A stretch of 64,000 nucleotides of DNA from an uncultured Planctomycetaceae bacterium (lineage in GTDB: Bacteria > Planctomycetota > Planctomycetia > Planctomycetales > Planctomycetaceae): NCBI GenBank assembly GCA_963815195.1, contig CAWFGE010000008.1:288001-352000 (forward strand). Direction: 5' to 3'. The notes beneath the pieces were generated by a model. The model saw only the letters and a program-made list of their open reading frames with translations. It did not search any database and was not told where the DNA came from. The position numbers were made by a program, and so were the translations under genes. Of this stretch, positions 37,383 to 48,028 are shown in pieces. Position 1 is the stretch's first letter, and each line of letters begins with the position of its first letter.

Positions 37383-39146
37383 TTATGGACACCCAGTCAC
37401 CATAAAGGTATTGACCGGTGTTCGGATCAAATTCGCAGGCCCGGACATTGATGGTGACTTGCCCGTAGCTGATCGTTGCTGGAGGGATCGTATTGCGAAG
37501 GATGCCATCGGAGATTGACGATCGTATAGTCGTCCGGATTCGCCGTCGCCGTCGAAGTCGAACTCCGCATCGACATAATCCATGCTGCCGTCGTTGGTCA
37601 TCATCCCCGTTAGGGTGGGATCCGTGGTTACATTATCCCCGGCCATGCCGGTGTCATTGAGCAGGCTCACGCTGGAGACCGTCGCCGGATTGTTCGCGGG
37701 CGCTTTGTATGTGAACGAGATCGGCACCCAGTCACCATAAAGGTATTGACCGGTCTTCGGATCAAATTCGCAGGCCCGGACATTGATGGTGACTTGACCG
37801 TAGCTGATGTTGCTGGAGGGATCGTATTCGAAGGATCCATCGAGATTGACGACGGTGTAGTCATCCGGATTGCCGTCGCCGTCGAAGTCGAACTCCGCAT
37901 CGACATAATCCATGCTGCCGTCGTTGGTCATCATCCCCGTTAGGGTGGGATCCGTGGTTACATTATCCCCGGCCGTGCCGGTGTCATTGAGCAGGCTCAC
38001 GCTGGAGACCGTCGCCGGATTGTTCGCGGGCGCTTCGTATGTGAACGAGATCGGCACCCAGTCACCATAAAGGTATTGACCGGTGTTCGGATCAAATTCG
38101 CAGGCCCGGACATTGATGGTGACTTGACCGTAGCTGATGTTGCTGGAGGGATCGTATTCGAAGGATCCATCGAGATTGACGACGGTGTAGTCATCCGGAT
38201 TGCCGTCGCCGTCGAAGTCGAACTCCGCATCGACATAATCCATGCTGCCGTCGTTGGTCATCATCCCCGTTAGGGTGGGATCCGTGGTTACATTATCCCC
38301 GGCCGTGCCGGTGTCATTGAGCAGGCTCACGCTGGAGACCGTCGCCGGATTGTTCGCGGGCGCTTCGTATGTGAACGAGATCGGCACCCAGTCACCATAA
38401 AGGTATTGGCCGGTGTTCGGATCAAATTCGCAGGCCCGGACATTGATGGTGACTTGACCGTAGCTGATGTTGCTGGAGGGATCGTATTCGAAGGATCCAT
38501 CGAGATTGACGACGGTGTAGTCATCCGGATTGCCGTCGCCGTCGAAGTCGAACTCCGCATCGACGAAGTCCATGCCGCCGTCGTTGGTCATCACCCCGGT
38601 TAGTGTGGGATCCGTGGTCACATTGTCGCCCGCTGTGCCGGTGTCGTTGAGCAGACTCACGCTCGACACGGCGGCCGGCGCATTGGTGTTGTTCGGGTCC
38701 TCGTAGGTGAAGCTGATGGAGACCCAATCGCTGAAGGAGTATTGCCCGGTTTGCGGATCGACGTCGGCGGCCCGCACATCGATTGTGACTTGTCCATAAC
38801 TGAGGAAGTTAGAGGGGTCGTATTCGAAACCGCCGGCGCTGTCGCAGTAGGTGTAGTCGTCTCCGTTGCCGTCGCCGTCGAAATCGAACTCCGCGTAAAC
38901 GGGAATTAAATTGCCGTCCGTGGAAAGCGAGCCGGCGAGGCTGGGATCGGTGGTCACATCGTCGCCGGCCGTCCCGGTGTCGTTTTGGAGGTTCACGCTG
39001 GGCATGGGGGCCACAGCCGACAAATACAACCGGTATTCCAGCGTTTCGACCGAGAGCCGGGTCCGCACACATCGGCGGCGTGATGAGACACCACCATTTC
39101 CGAAAGTGAGCGCCCGAAACACAGCCAGCCAATTGGGAATCCGCAT
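37383..39146 (-). CDS. Truncated Ig-like repeat surface protein with Planctomycete extracellular N-terminal motif
   Basis: RRR...RLSVETLEYRLYLS motif; five ~110-aa units (LLNDTG..GDNVTTDPTLTG...DFDGDG); the last unit decays by indels and ends abruptly. Confidence 0.75.
   Translation of the reverse strand: MRIPNWLAVFRALTFGNGGVSSRRRCVRTRLSVETLEYRLYLSAVAPMPSVNLQNDTGTAGDDVTTDPSLAGSLSTDGNLIPVYAEFDFDGDGNGDDYTYCDSAGGFEYDPSNFLSYGQVTIDVRAADVDPQTGQYSFSDWVSISFTYEDPNNTNAPAAVSSVSLLNDTGTAGDNVTTDPTLTGVMTNDGGMDFVDAEFDFDGDGNPDDYTVVNLDGSFEYDPSSNISYGQVTINVRACEFDPNTGQYLYGDWVPISFTYEAPANNPATVSSVSLLNDTGTAGDNVTTDPTLTGMMTNDGSMDYVDAEFDFDGDGNPDDYTVVNLDGSFEYDPSSNISYGQVTINVRACEFDPNTGQYLYGDWVPISFTYEAPANNPATVSSVSLLNDTGTAGDNVTTDPTLTGMMTNDGSMDYVDAEFDFDGDGNPDDYTVVNLDGSFEYDPSSNISYGQVTINVRACEFDPKTGQYLYGDWVPISFTYKAPANNPATVSSVSLLNDTGMAGDNVTTDPTLTGMMTNDGSMDYVDAEFDFDGDGESGRLYDRQSPMASFAIRSLQQRSATGKSPSMSGPANLIRTPVNTFMVTGCP
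37389..38990. repeat. 330-bp tandem repeat array (~5 units)
   Basis: GTGAACGAGATCGGCACCCAGTCACCATAA at 37711, 38041 and 38371; central units almost identical. Confidence 0.95.
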
Positions 39147-39343
39147 AGGTTATCTCCGCAATGAACAACAGATCGGTCGTGAAACACTACCTTTCGGTTG
39201 TCGTTGCGGAGAAAAGAATTCCCGGCGGGAAGTCGAGAGCGGCGGGGGCGAGGTTCAAATGCAGCGGATTTAACGCGTGACACGCCGGTCAAAAACCTCG
39301 CCCCACATGGTGCGGTTTTCCGACGTTCAAGTTGGCATTGCGT

Positions 39344-41368
39344 TCAGAATTGCTGCGAAAAGCGTTTGGGAATTGCCGTGGGCAGCGAGTAGACAATTCC
39401 CGTTGCGGGCGAGCACACTGGAATGTTCAATTCCAAGTCCGGAGCGAGGTCAGGCTCGGCTTGTTTGATCGAAAGCAGCGGTTCCGATCGATTCGCTTCG
39501 GGCAAGATATATCCGACAGCCAGCGCTTTCGGTTTGGCGAGTCCGCGGGCGAGCGCGAACTGCGTGTGCTGCGTGACGCGCCGGAACCAGTTATCGTGAC
39601 TTTTGCCGTCAGTGAGTCTCACTTCCAATGCGTTCAAAATAGCCGACACATGGTAAAGCTCAGCGTTTTGGGCGTTGAGGGGAATCGCTTTCCGCACGAG
39701 CAGCGTGGCGTAGCGAAGTCTTTCCGCATCGGGCGAGTTCTGTTGCAGGCAGGATAAGCTTTCCGCCGCGGCCTGATTGATGGCCGAGGTGCTATTGAGT
39801 CCCACGTCCGGAAGCAGCGCGTCCAAAAGGTCCCCGGCTTTGTCGAATTGACCGTCCATCAAAAGACAAAACGCAATCGAGTGTTTCACCTTCAAATACT
39901 GCTCCTTCTCCAGCGTCCGGTTTTTCAATTCCTGTTCCAAAACCTGCTCGTAGAAAACCTGGGCCTCGGCAAACCGCCCCTGCTTTTCCGCCTCGAACGC
40001 CTTCCCCAGAAGTTGAGCGACCGAGAGCTCGGGCGGAGCCGGCACAACCTCGGGAGCGGGATGCTCAGGTTTTTCCGTCCCGGCTGGCGAATCCACAGGC
40101 TCCGGCGAATTGGAAAACATCCCCGTGAGCGAAAAACCCCCAGCGATTGCCCAACCCGCGGCAGCGGTCAGGAGGATTCTCCCCACCCAGGACGACCGCG
40201 GCCGGGCGATCGCGCGCCGGCAGGCCGCCAACTGCTCCGAAAACGCTTTGGCGGTGGGCATGCGATCGTCGGGATCAAACGCCAGAGCCCGCAGCAAGGT
40301 GGACCGGAGCGGTTCGGGAATCGGAGGCTCCCGGCGGAGAAAGGCCTGCCGTTCTTCCAAAGCGGCTTCGAGCGCCTGATTCAACCGCGGCCGGGAATCC
40401 GCGCCGATGGAAAACGGGGGCTCGCCCGTCGCCAGGTGATACAGCGTGGCACCCAGGCAAAACACGTCCGTCTTCTCGGTGATGGAAGCGGTGTGGTCGC
40501 CCGCGGCCAGCCGGAGTTGCTCGGGGGCCATGTACATCAACGTGCCGCCCACCAGATGGCTTTGCTCCCGGTGGTCCCGCGAGAGATTGAAATCCAAAAG
40601 CAACGGCTCGCCGTCGTGGGTGATTAAGATGTTCGAAGGCTTCACGTCGCAGTGCAGCACGTCGTGCTCGTGAGCGAACCTGAGCCCCTGGCAAACGCCG
40701 AGCCCGATGTCAATCACGGATTGGAGATGCGGAACGGACTTGAGCCGCCGCGAATCGGGCTTCTTGAACCGGGCGCGGATCCAGTCGGCGCCGGTGGTGC
40801 GTCCGAGGTACGGCATGCACAGCGCGGACAGCCGGACCACCTCGTCGGTTGTGATGGAATACACGGGAACGATATTCGGGTGATCGAGCAGGCCGAGCAT
40901 CGTGGCTTCCGCCGCCCCCCTCTCGGAGACTTTGACGACGACTTGCCGGTTCCCCAGTTCCACTTCCCGCGCCAAGAACACCCGCGAGAACGCGCCTTTG
41001 CCGATCTCCTCCTCGAGCTGAAAACCCAGAAACATATCGCCCGGGGCGGGCCAATGGGATTCCGATTCGCTCTCGGAAAACAGCGAGTGGCCCATCACGA
41101 ACGAGTGCACCTCGAGGACTTTGATGAGGGACTCTTCGATTTCGGGAAACCGCGCGGCAAACTGCTTCGGGTCGACGGCATCGCCCCGGTCCCGCGTTTG
41201 GCAGTATTCCTCGTAAGCCAAATCCACGAGGGCGGAATGATCGTTTTGGAGTTCCGGATGCCGAGCCAGAATGTCCCGCGCAAAAAACGGCTCCGTCGGG
41301 GGTGCCGAGGAAACCGCCCGGCGAACTCGTTCATCTCGGAACGTGCTGAACGACGGCTGAATCATCAC
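39344..41368 (-). CDS. Membrane Ser/Thr protein kinase with C-terminal TPR-like region
   Basis: IGKGAFSRVF, VVVK, HPNIV, LHCDVKPSNIL, LLDFNLS, GGTLMYMAPE, TDVFCLG; one TM. Confidence 0.93.
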   Translation of the reverse strand: MMIQPSFSTFRDERVRRAVSSAPPTEPFFARDILARHPELQNDHSALVDLAYEEYCQTRDRGDAVDPKQFAARFPEIEESLIKVLEVHSFVMGHSLFSESESESHWPAPGDMFLGFQLEEEIGKGAFSRVFLAREVELGNRQVVVKVSERGAAEATMLGLLDHPNIVPVYSITTDEVVRLSALCMPYLGRTTGADWIRARFKKPDSRRLKSVPHLQSVIDIGLGVCQGLRFAHEHDVLHCDVKPSNILITHDGEPLLLDFNLSRDHREQSHLVGGTLMYMAPEQLRLAAGDHTASITEKTDVFCLGATLYHLATGEPPFSIGADSRPRLNQALEAALEERQAFLRREPPIPEPLRSTLLRALAFDPDDRMPTAKAFSEQLAACRRAIARPRSSWVGRILLTAAAGWAIAGGFSLTGMFSNSPEPVDSPAGTEKPEHPAPEVVPAPPELSVAQLLGKAFEAEKQGRFAEAQVFYEQVLEQELKNRTLEKEQYLKVKHSIAFCLLMDGQFDKAGDLLDALLPDVGLNSTSAINQAAAESLSCLQQNSPDAERLRYATLLVRKAIPLNAQNAELYHVSAILNALEVRLTDGKSHDNWFRRVTQHTQFALARGLAKPKALAVGYILPEANRSEPLLSIKQAEPDLAPDLELNIPVCSPATGIVYSLPTAIPKRFSQQF

Positions 41369-41944
41369 TCATGACTCCGCGATCTTTCGCTTCAGTTTCG
41401 CAAACACCCGCCGAACGGTCCGCTCGTGAAGTCCGCCCTGCTCGGCAATCGCGTCAAACGTCATTCCCCGCAAGCGGCAATCGATCATCCATTGCAGGTC
41501 GGGGGGAATCTCCGTTTGGAGACGTTCGAGCTCTTCATCGGCCATCAGGTATTGGCTGGCGGTCGTCTCCGTCATCGGGGCTTGCGGATTATGCGAACCC
41601 TCCGCGGGGAGGGACACTTCGCGGTTCAGATTCCTGCGCTGGACCTGCGTGTGCGCTCTCCGCTCGTCAATGACTTTGTGAAATGCAATCTGTGTCAGAA
41701 GCGCGACGAGCTGCGCTTCGTTCTCGATGTCGCGAAAGGCGGTGGATTTCACCAACAGCGTGGCCCAAACGGCTTGGACGAAATCCTCGGAGTCAAATCG
41801 AATCCGCATCTTTTGGCCCAGATGCCGGCGCACGACGCGCAGAATATGCCGGCCGTATCGTTTGACCAACTCCTGGACCGCCCGCTCGTGTTTGTGTTCG
41901 AGACTCTCGATGAGTTCGGCGAACGTTAGATTGTCATCATTCAT
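41369..41944 (-). CDS. ECF-type sigma-70 factor (kinase-associated)
   Basis: ELVKRYGRHILRVVRRHL, FDSEDFVQ (region 2), FDAIAEQGGLHERTVRR (region 4); stop abuts the kinase ATG. Confidence 0.88.
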   Translation of the reverse strand: MNDDNLTFAELIESLEHKHERAVQELVKRYGRHILRVVRRHLGQKMRIRFDSEDFVQAVWATLLVKSTAFRDIENEAQLVALLTQIAFHKVIDERRAHTQVQRRNLNREVSLPAEGSHNPQAPMTETTASQYLMADEELERLQTEIPPDLQWMIDCRLRGMTFDAIAEQGGLHERTVRRVFAKLKRKIAES

Positions 41945-42035
41945 CTCGGTTCTCCCAGCCGGGGCACCTTGGGGTTCCCAACAATCCAGCGTAACCAAAT
42001 CGGCCAGTATTTTCACCTATAATTCCTAGGCGCAT

Positions 42036-42054
42036 TTTAGGAATAATTCCTAAA
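42036..42054. promoter_or_regulatory. Perfect 19-bp palindrome, candidate operator
   Basis: TTTAGGAAT-A-ATTCCTAAA, with an extra half-site AATTCCTA at 42021, in an AT-rich patch upstream of the sigma gene. Confidence 0.55.
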
Positions 42055-42117
42055 TCCCATTAGACCAATCCCCTAGTTCAGTATGAATGCCCATTCAGGA
42101 GACATCGCGGAATCGTT

Positions 42118-42861
42118 TTATTGAGCCGGCTGCCAGGCGGGGGTTTCGTGGTCTTCGATGTACTTGGTCAAGACCTCGTGCGGAGCGAAGCGGGCTTTGT
42201 AGGCCATCGATTGGCACTCGGCGATCCAATAACCGAGGTACAAAAACCGCCGGCCGGTTTGCCGGGCGTGTTCGATCTCTTGGAGCACGGTGAACGTGCC
42301 GGGGCTGTCCGGCCGCCAGTCGGGGTCGTGATAGAAATACACGCTCGACAGAGCATCGGGGAGCGCATCGACAAGACCGACGCCGATCAGCCGATCCCCG
42401 CGGTAATAGCGAAACTCCCGCGCGAAGTCCCATTCGCCGGCGAGGAATGCCTCGGCGTAGGTCTGGGCGTCGATCTGGTCGTTCCGCCAGCCGCTGCGGA
42501 CGTGCATGTCCGCGTGCCAGTCGTTGTAGAGCCGAACGTGGTCGTCGGTCACATCGGGCCGGGCGACTTCCAATCGAACATCGCGATTTTTGTTGAGCGC
42601 CCGCCGCTGGCTTTTGGTGGGACGAAACGCGTTCACATCGACCCGCAGGCTTTGGCATTTTCGGCAGGAAGGGCAACCGGGCCGGAAAAAATTGCGGCCG
42701 TGCCGACGCCAGCCCCGCTCCAACATCCCCTGAAACGCCTCCCCGGTTATGTGCGCCAGCACGCGGTATTCCAGCGAAGCCGTCTCGTCCGGAAGATAAG
42801 AACAATCTCCCGGCGGCATTTGAAACCGAAACAATTCCAGAATGTCGAAGAAACGATTCAT
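42118..42861 (-). CDS. Arginyltransferase-like Asp/Glu leucyltransferase (ATE/Bpt family)
   Basis: CSYLP, RGWRRHG, FRPGCPSC.KC.SLRV, LSSVYFYHDPD, LYLGYWI..C.SMAYK. Confidence 0.9.
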   Translation of the reverse strand: MNRFFDILELFRFQMPPGDCSYLPDETASLEYRVLAHITGEAFQGMLERGWRRHGRNFFRPGCPSCRKCQSLRVDVNAFRPTKSQRRALNKNRDVRLEVARPDVTDDHVRLYNDWHADMHVRSGWRNDQIDAQTYAEAFLAGEWDFAREFRYYRGDRLIGVGLVDALPDALSSVYFYHDPDWRPDSPGTFTVLQEIEHARQTGRRFLYLGYWIAECQSMAYKARFAPHEVLTKYIEDHETPAWQPAQ

Positions 42862-43053
42862 CCGCTGCGAAGGTTGGGCTGACTGGGTGGGAAAACGCCG
42901 GGATACGGGTTCTTCAGATTATATCAAAACCGCGGATGGCCGGCGGATGAAATCTCCCTTGAAATTCGCGGAGGGTTCTGACACAGTCAACGAACGGGCC
43001 GGCCCCGAGGTTTTTCGCACTTCCTCTTCCATCTCCCCTCCAGAGGTCTCGCC

Positions 43054-44426
43054 ATGCCCAGGCTGATTTCCTGTTCCTTCCTGGCCGTCGCCGTTTGCTT
43101 GGGGATCGCCATTCCCGCGGCGGCTCAATTTGGCATCGGCGTCGTGGGCGGCGTGAGCATCGATGCCCAAGGCATGCTCCGCGACACCCGCACGCTCTCC
43201 AAGGATGAGCAATTAAAACTCCTCGAGCAGCAAGCCGTCGGCCAACCGGGTTCGCAGAAACTGGCCGCGGGATCGAACTTGCGAAGGGTTTCTTTGAAGC
43301 GGCTGGAGCAAACGGTCCAAAAACTCCACAGGGCCGGCGATCCCTTGCCCGCCGACGTGGAATATCTCGCCGGGCTGACGGCGGTCGAATACATCGTCTT
43401 CGATCCGGCCCACCGGGATGTGATTCTCGTCGGCCCCGCCGAGGGTTGGTCGCTACTGCCTACGGGCGAAGTCGCCGGGCAGAAATCCCAGCGGCCGGTC
43501 GTGCATCTGGAGGATTTGATCACCGCGATCCGGTATGCATTCGCGAAGCCGGGGAAAGACCCGTTTATCGGGTGTTCGATCGATCCGACGCCCCAAGGCA
43601 TGGCGCGATATGCCGCCTACATGAACGGCTTGGGAGGCATGGACCGCTCGCGGGTCAAGCAGATCTTCGCAGGGATGGAGCAGGCGATGGGGCCGCAGGC
43701 GGTGCGACTGTTCGGGGTCGAGCATTCCAGCCGATTCGCTTTGGCCATGCTCGCGGCGGATTACCGTTTGAAACGCCTCTCGCTCGGCCACGATCCCTCG
43801 CCGGTGAAGGAGTTCGTCAATTATCTGGACCTGTCGGCCAAGTCGTTTCGGCCCGGTCCGCAAAAGCAGCACCGCTGGTGGTTTCAGGGCAAGTATGACG
43901 CCATCCTCGAAACGCCCGACCATCTCGCGTTTCAACTGATCGGCCAAGGCGTGGAAGTCGTGACCGCACCCTCCAGCCTCGCCCAGCAGCCGGCGCAAAA
44001 GCCAGCCCCGCAGCCGAGGAAGTCGCGGAAACCTTCACCAAGCACTTCGCCGCGATCGCCAAAAAAGAGCCGGTCTTCGCGGAGCTGCAAAACCTGATCG
44101 CACTCGCGGCGACGGCGGAACTCATCGCCGAAAAACAGCGCCAACCCGGCGGGAAAAGGCATTGGCAGCCCCGGCATTTTCTCGACGCCAAGGCCTGCAG
44201 CCTGCAGGAATACAACGTCCCCAAGCACGTGCCCGCGATCTCCAATTACCGCCTGATCCGCAATCGGCACTGGCTGATCTCGATCAGCGGCGGCGTGGAC
44301 ATCAACCCCACCAAGCTGATCGACGCCAAGAAAAACGGCCAACCCGAATCCCCGCGGCCGCTCTCGCAGGTTCAAGAGCAAACCGAACCGCCCAAGGCGG
44401 CCTCCGAATGGTGGTGGGATGAGTGA
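43054..44426 (+). CDS. DUF1598 family secreted protein (frameshift ~44005)
   Basis: VGGVSIDAQG, LRRVSLKRL, DVILVGPAEGW, IGCSIDP, AADYRLK, RWWF; shifted frame continues AELQNL...SGGVDI...WWWDE*. Confidence 0.85.
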
Positions 44427-44506
44427 GCTTGTCGCCGAAGCGGTTTTGGCGGTTCCCCACCCAATCTGCTTCAAAATAGGACAATTCTGATCTTTGCCTC
44501 GGCGGA

Positions 44507-46043
44507 ATGCCCATGCCCGATGTTGTGCTGACGACCTTCAACGCCCGCTATCATCACAGCGCATTCGGGCTGAGATATTTGCGGGCGAACATGGGCGAGC
44601 TTCGCGGCGAGACGGAGATTCTCGAGTTCGGGCTGAGCGAGAATCCGCTCGAAGTGATGGATCAGATCCTCGTGCGGAATCCGCGGATCGTCGGCGTGGG
44701 GGTTTACATCTGGAACGTCGAACCCTCGACGCGGCTGGTCGCGGACTTGAAGCGGGTGCGGCCGGACTTGACCGTGGTCTTGGGCGGCCCGGAAGTCAGT
44801 TACGAATGGGACGATCAACCCATCGTGCCGCTCGCGGATTATGTCATCGCCGGCGAGGGGGATTTGGTTTTTCCCGAGCTTTGCCGGCGGGTGCTCGGCG
44901 GAGATCGGCCTCGCGAGAAGTTTCTCATCGCCGACCCGCCCGCGCTTGCGGAGGTGAAGTTGCCCTACGACGAGTACACGGACGAAGACATCGCGCACCG
45001 CGTGGTGTATGTGGAGGCTTCGCGGGGCTGCCCGTTTACGTGCGAGTTTTGCCTCTCGGCCTTGGAGATTCCGGTCCGGCAGTTTCCGCTGGCGGATTTT
45101 TTGAGGGCGATGCAGTCGCTGTTGGACCGCGGGACAAGGCAGTTCAAATTTGTGGACCGCACCTTCAATTTGAACCTCAAGACGAGCCGGGCGATTCTGG
45201 AGTTTTTTCTGGACCGCTACGAGCCGGGGTTGTTTTTGCACTTCGAGATGATCCCGGACCGATTGCCGGAATCGCTCAGGGACATCATTGCCCGCTTCCC
45301 GGCGGGGGCGCTGCAGTTCGAGGTGGGGATTCAGACGTTTGACGCCGCGGTGTCGGAGCGCATCAGCCGCCGGCAGGATGCCCTCAAGCTGGAAGAGAAC
45401 CTCGTCTTTCTCCGCGAAGAAACCGGCGTCCATGTCCACGCGGATTTGATCGTGGGACTGCCGGGCGAGGATCGTGGAAACTTTTGCGGCGGGGTTCAAT
45501 CGCCTGGTGGCGTTGGGGCCGCAGGAAATTCAAGTGGGAATGCTCAAGCGGCTCCGGGGCACGCCGATTGTCCGCCACGATGCCGAGTGGCAGATGGTGT
45601 ATAGTCCGCACCCTCCGTATGAAATTCTGCAAACTCGCGACATCGATGCGGCGATGATGTCGCGGATGCGGCGGTTTGCGAAGTCTTGGGACCAGATCGC
45701 CAACAGCGGGAACTTTGTGGAGACGGCCCCGCTGTTGTGGGAGCGAGCGGAGCCGTTCGCCGGGTTCTTGGCGTTTACCGATTGGCTTTACGAACGGGAA
45801 CAGCGGACGCACGGGCTCTCGCTCGTGCGGCTGATGGAGGGGTTGCTGTGTTACCTGACGGACGTCGGTAAGTTCTCGGGGCAGGATGTGGCCGAGCGGT
45901 TGTGGCCGGATTACCAGCGCGGCGGCCGCAGCGACCGCCCGCGGTTGTTTGCCGGTTACGAACTCTCGCCGCCGACGCGCCAGCGAAAGTCCGTCCAATT
46001 GCCCCGCCGCCAGTCCCGGCACATTGTGGAAGCGGAGAGTTGA
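44507..46043 (+). CDS. B12-binding radical SAM protein with DUF4080-like C-terminus (frameshift ~45472)
   Basis: [47 protein letters not shown]; next frame [21 protein letters not shown]. Confidence 0.88.
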
Positions 46044-46059
46044 CCGGCGCAAGCGGTCA

Positions 46060-47754
46060 TCACTCGCCGCCCCCATTCAAAGCATAAAAGATGCCGCCTT
46101 TGATGAGGTCGGCAATGAGGGCGACGGCGATCATTTTCGCACCTTTGGGTTTTCCCTGAATCGCCCACACGATGCCCAGGATGAGTCCAATGCCGGAGAG
46201 AATCACGCCGCAGAGAACTTCGCCTGTGGAGAGATTGTCCTCATCGTCAAATCCGCCGCCGCCTTCGTCGAACTCATCGTCGCGGCGTTTTTTCGGATCC
46301 CATTTGACTTCCTTTTCTTCCCGGATGAGCGCTAATTCGGGCTGGAAGTAATAGGTAAACAGAGCATTGGTCCGCATATTGAAGACCGCGGCGAACGCGA
46401 ACGGGGCGCAGGCCAAAAGCCAGAGAATGGACGGGACGATGACGGGTTCCATGTCGATCTCGCGTTCCCAGGGTTTCTTGGCAGCGGTTCCGCCGGTGGC
46501 GATTCCTCCCTCGCCGCCGCCACTTTGGTCCGCGTAGTATTTGCGTTCGGAGAGAATCTGGTCCTTCGTCGCGAACAACCACCAGGACACGGGGTTCAGT
46601 TCGGTGGTGATCTGGCCGGGAAGCTCTTTTTCCTGCTCGCCTGCTGCGTTTTTCTTTTTGGGCTCTTCGTAGGACATCACGAGCTGGACGCGGGCGTTGT
46701 GGTTGAGGTCTTCCACGAGTTTGCTCAGGTCGCTCCCGAACGCGAGCGGGATAATCGACACGAGGATCAGCGACGGGAGCATCGTGGCTCCGCAGAACAG
46801 GCACCAATACATCGCGGGTTTCACCAGACCCTTAAAGTACTGGGGCAGGATTTTGGGGGAGAGCCAGCCGGGCCACTGCACGGGCATCGCCATATGCGAC
46901 ATCGCGACGGGAAAGCAGAAAAACGCGGGCAAAAAGCCGAGGGCGATCAGCACCAGGCCCACGACGGCGTTGTCGTTGGCAATGAGGATCCCGCCCACGG
47001 TTCCAAACACGATCTGGAAGGGTGCGGAAAACACGATCAGCCAAGAAACGAACTTGATGCCCAAGGCCGCGCTGGTGAAGAACTCGTAGCGCACGCGGTC
47101 GAGCTTGATCTTTTTATCGAACGTGCTTTGGATGAGGACGGTATCGAGAAACCAGCACCAGCCCGGCCCGACCATCGCCAACAAGAGCGCGATCACGCCC
47201 CAGAACGCTTTGAGCGGGAGCTTCGAGGTGTAGATCATCATGAACGCCGCCGCCCCGCAAATGACGGTGGTGATCATCACGTAGACCATCGTCCGCATGC
47301 CGAAGCCCCAATGCTTTTTGAGGAACTCCCAGCCGTCGGACAGGAATTTTTCGTAGTATTTGTCGGGGTCGGGGCCGCCGCGTTCTTTTTTTGCGAGTTT
47401 TTCCGCGCTGAGCCGGCCGGTGACCAGATCGACGCCGCATTTCGGGCATTCGATGTCTTCCTCATCGACCTGGATCCCGCATCTGGGGCAGACGCGGGTG
47501 CTGCGGTCTTCCGCGCGGGACAGGTCGAGGTTGGCGAACAAAGCGTCCTCGTCTTCCGGGGCCGCGCTCCGCGCGGGCTTGCGGGTTTTTGCTGCTCCGG
47601 CGGCGGCTTTTTGACGTTTCGGTCCCGAGGATTTCTGCCCGCGCGGCACCGGCACCCGGCCGGAACACGCGGGACACTTCACCGCTTTTCCCCGCGCTTC
47701 ATCGGGGACGGTCAACACTTTTTCACATTCGGGGCAACGCACTTTGACGGGCAT
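46060..47754 (-). CDS. Zn-ribbon domain multi-pass membrane protein
   Basis: MPVKVRCPEC...KCPAC and CPRC...CPKC, followed by several TM helices. Confidence 0.8.
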   Translation of the reverse strand: MPVKVRCPECEKVLTVPDEARGKAVKCPACSGRVPVPRGQKSSGPKRQKAAAGAAKTRKPARSAAPEDEDALFANLDLSRAEDRSTRVCPRCGIQVDEEDIECPKCGVDLVTGRLSAEKLAKKERGGPDPDKYYEKFLSDGWEFLKKHWGFGMRTMVYVMITTVICGAAAFMMIYTSKLPLKAFWGVIALLLAMVGPGWCWFLDTVLIQSTFDKKIKLDRVRYEFFTSAALGIKFVSWLIVFSAPFQIVFGTVGGILIANDNAVVGLVLIALGFLPAFFCFPVAMSHMAMPVQWPGWLSPKILPQYFKGLVKPAMYWCLFCGATMLPSLILVSIIPLAFGSDLSKLVEDLNHNARVQLVMSYEEPKKKNAAGEQEKELPGQITTELNPVSWWLFATKDQILSERKYYADQSGGGEGGIATGGTAAKKPWEREIDMEPVIVPSILWLLACAPFAFAAVFNMRTNALFTYYFQPELALIREEKEVKWDPKKRRDDEFDEGGGGFDDEDNLSTGEVLCGVILSGIGLILGIVWAIQGKPKGAKMIAVALIADLIKGGIFYALNGGGE

Positions 47755-48028
47755 AAAAGACACTCCGCGCCGAGGGTTTGTCGCAAAGACGCTCGGCGGC
47801 CGTGGATGGGAGAACCGTTTGGGATCGGAAACCCGTCCGCTGCCGGACTCGGCCAACCGGAACGGGTTTCTTTTTAATGTACCATCTTTCCCGCCCGTGT
47901 CATGTCCGAACGGGCAATCCGAGAGCTGGGCAAGACGCCGCGTCTCTCCGCAAATCTCCGCCGCGGGCTTGCGGATTGGGCTTTCACCGCCGAAAATTCA
48001 ATGTCACCTGAACAGAAAAGGAACATTG

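Noticed and set aside
37389..38990. Tandem repeats as a CRISPR array or DGR template/variable repeats
   Set aside because: Units are 330-bp in-frame coding repeats without spacers; no adenine-specific variation and no cas or reverse transcriptase gene in the window.
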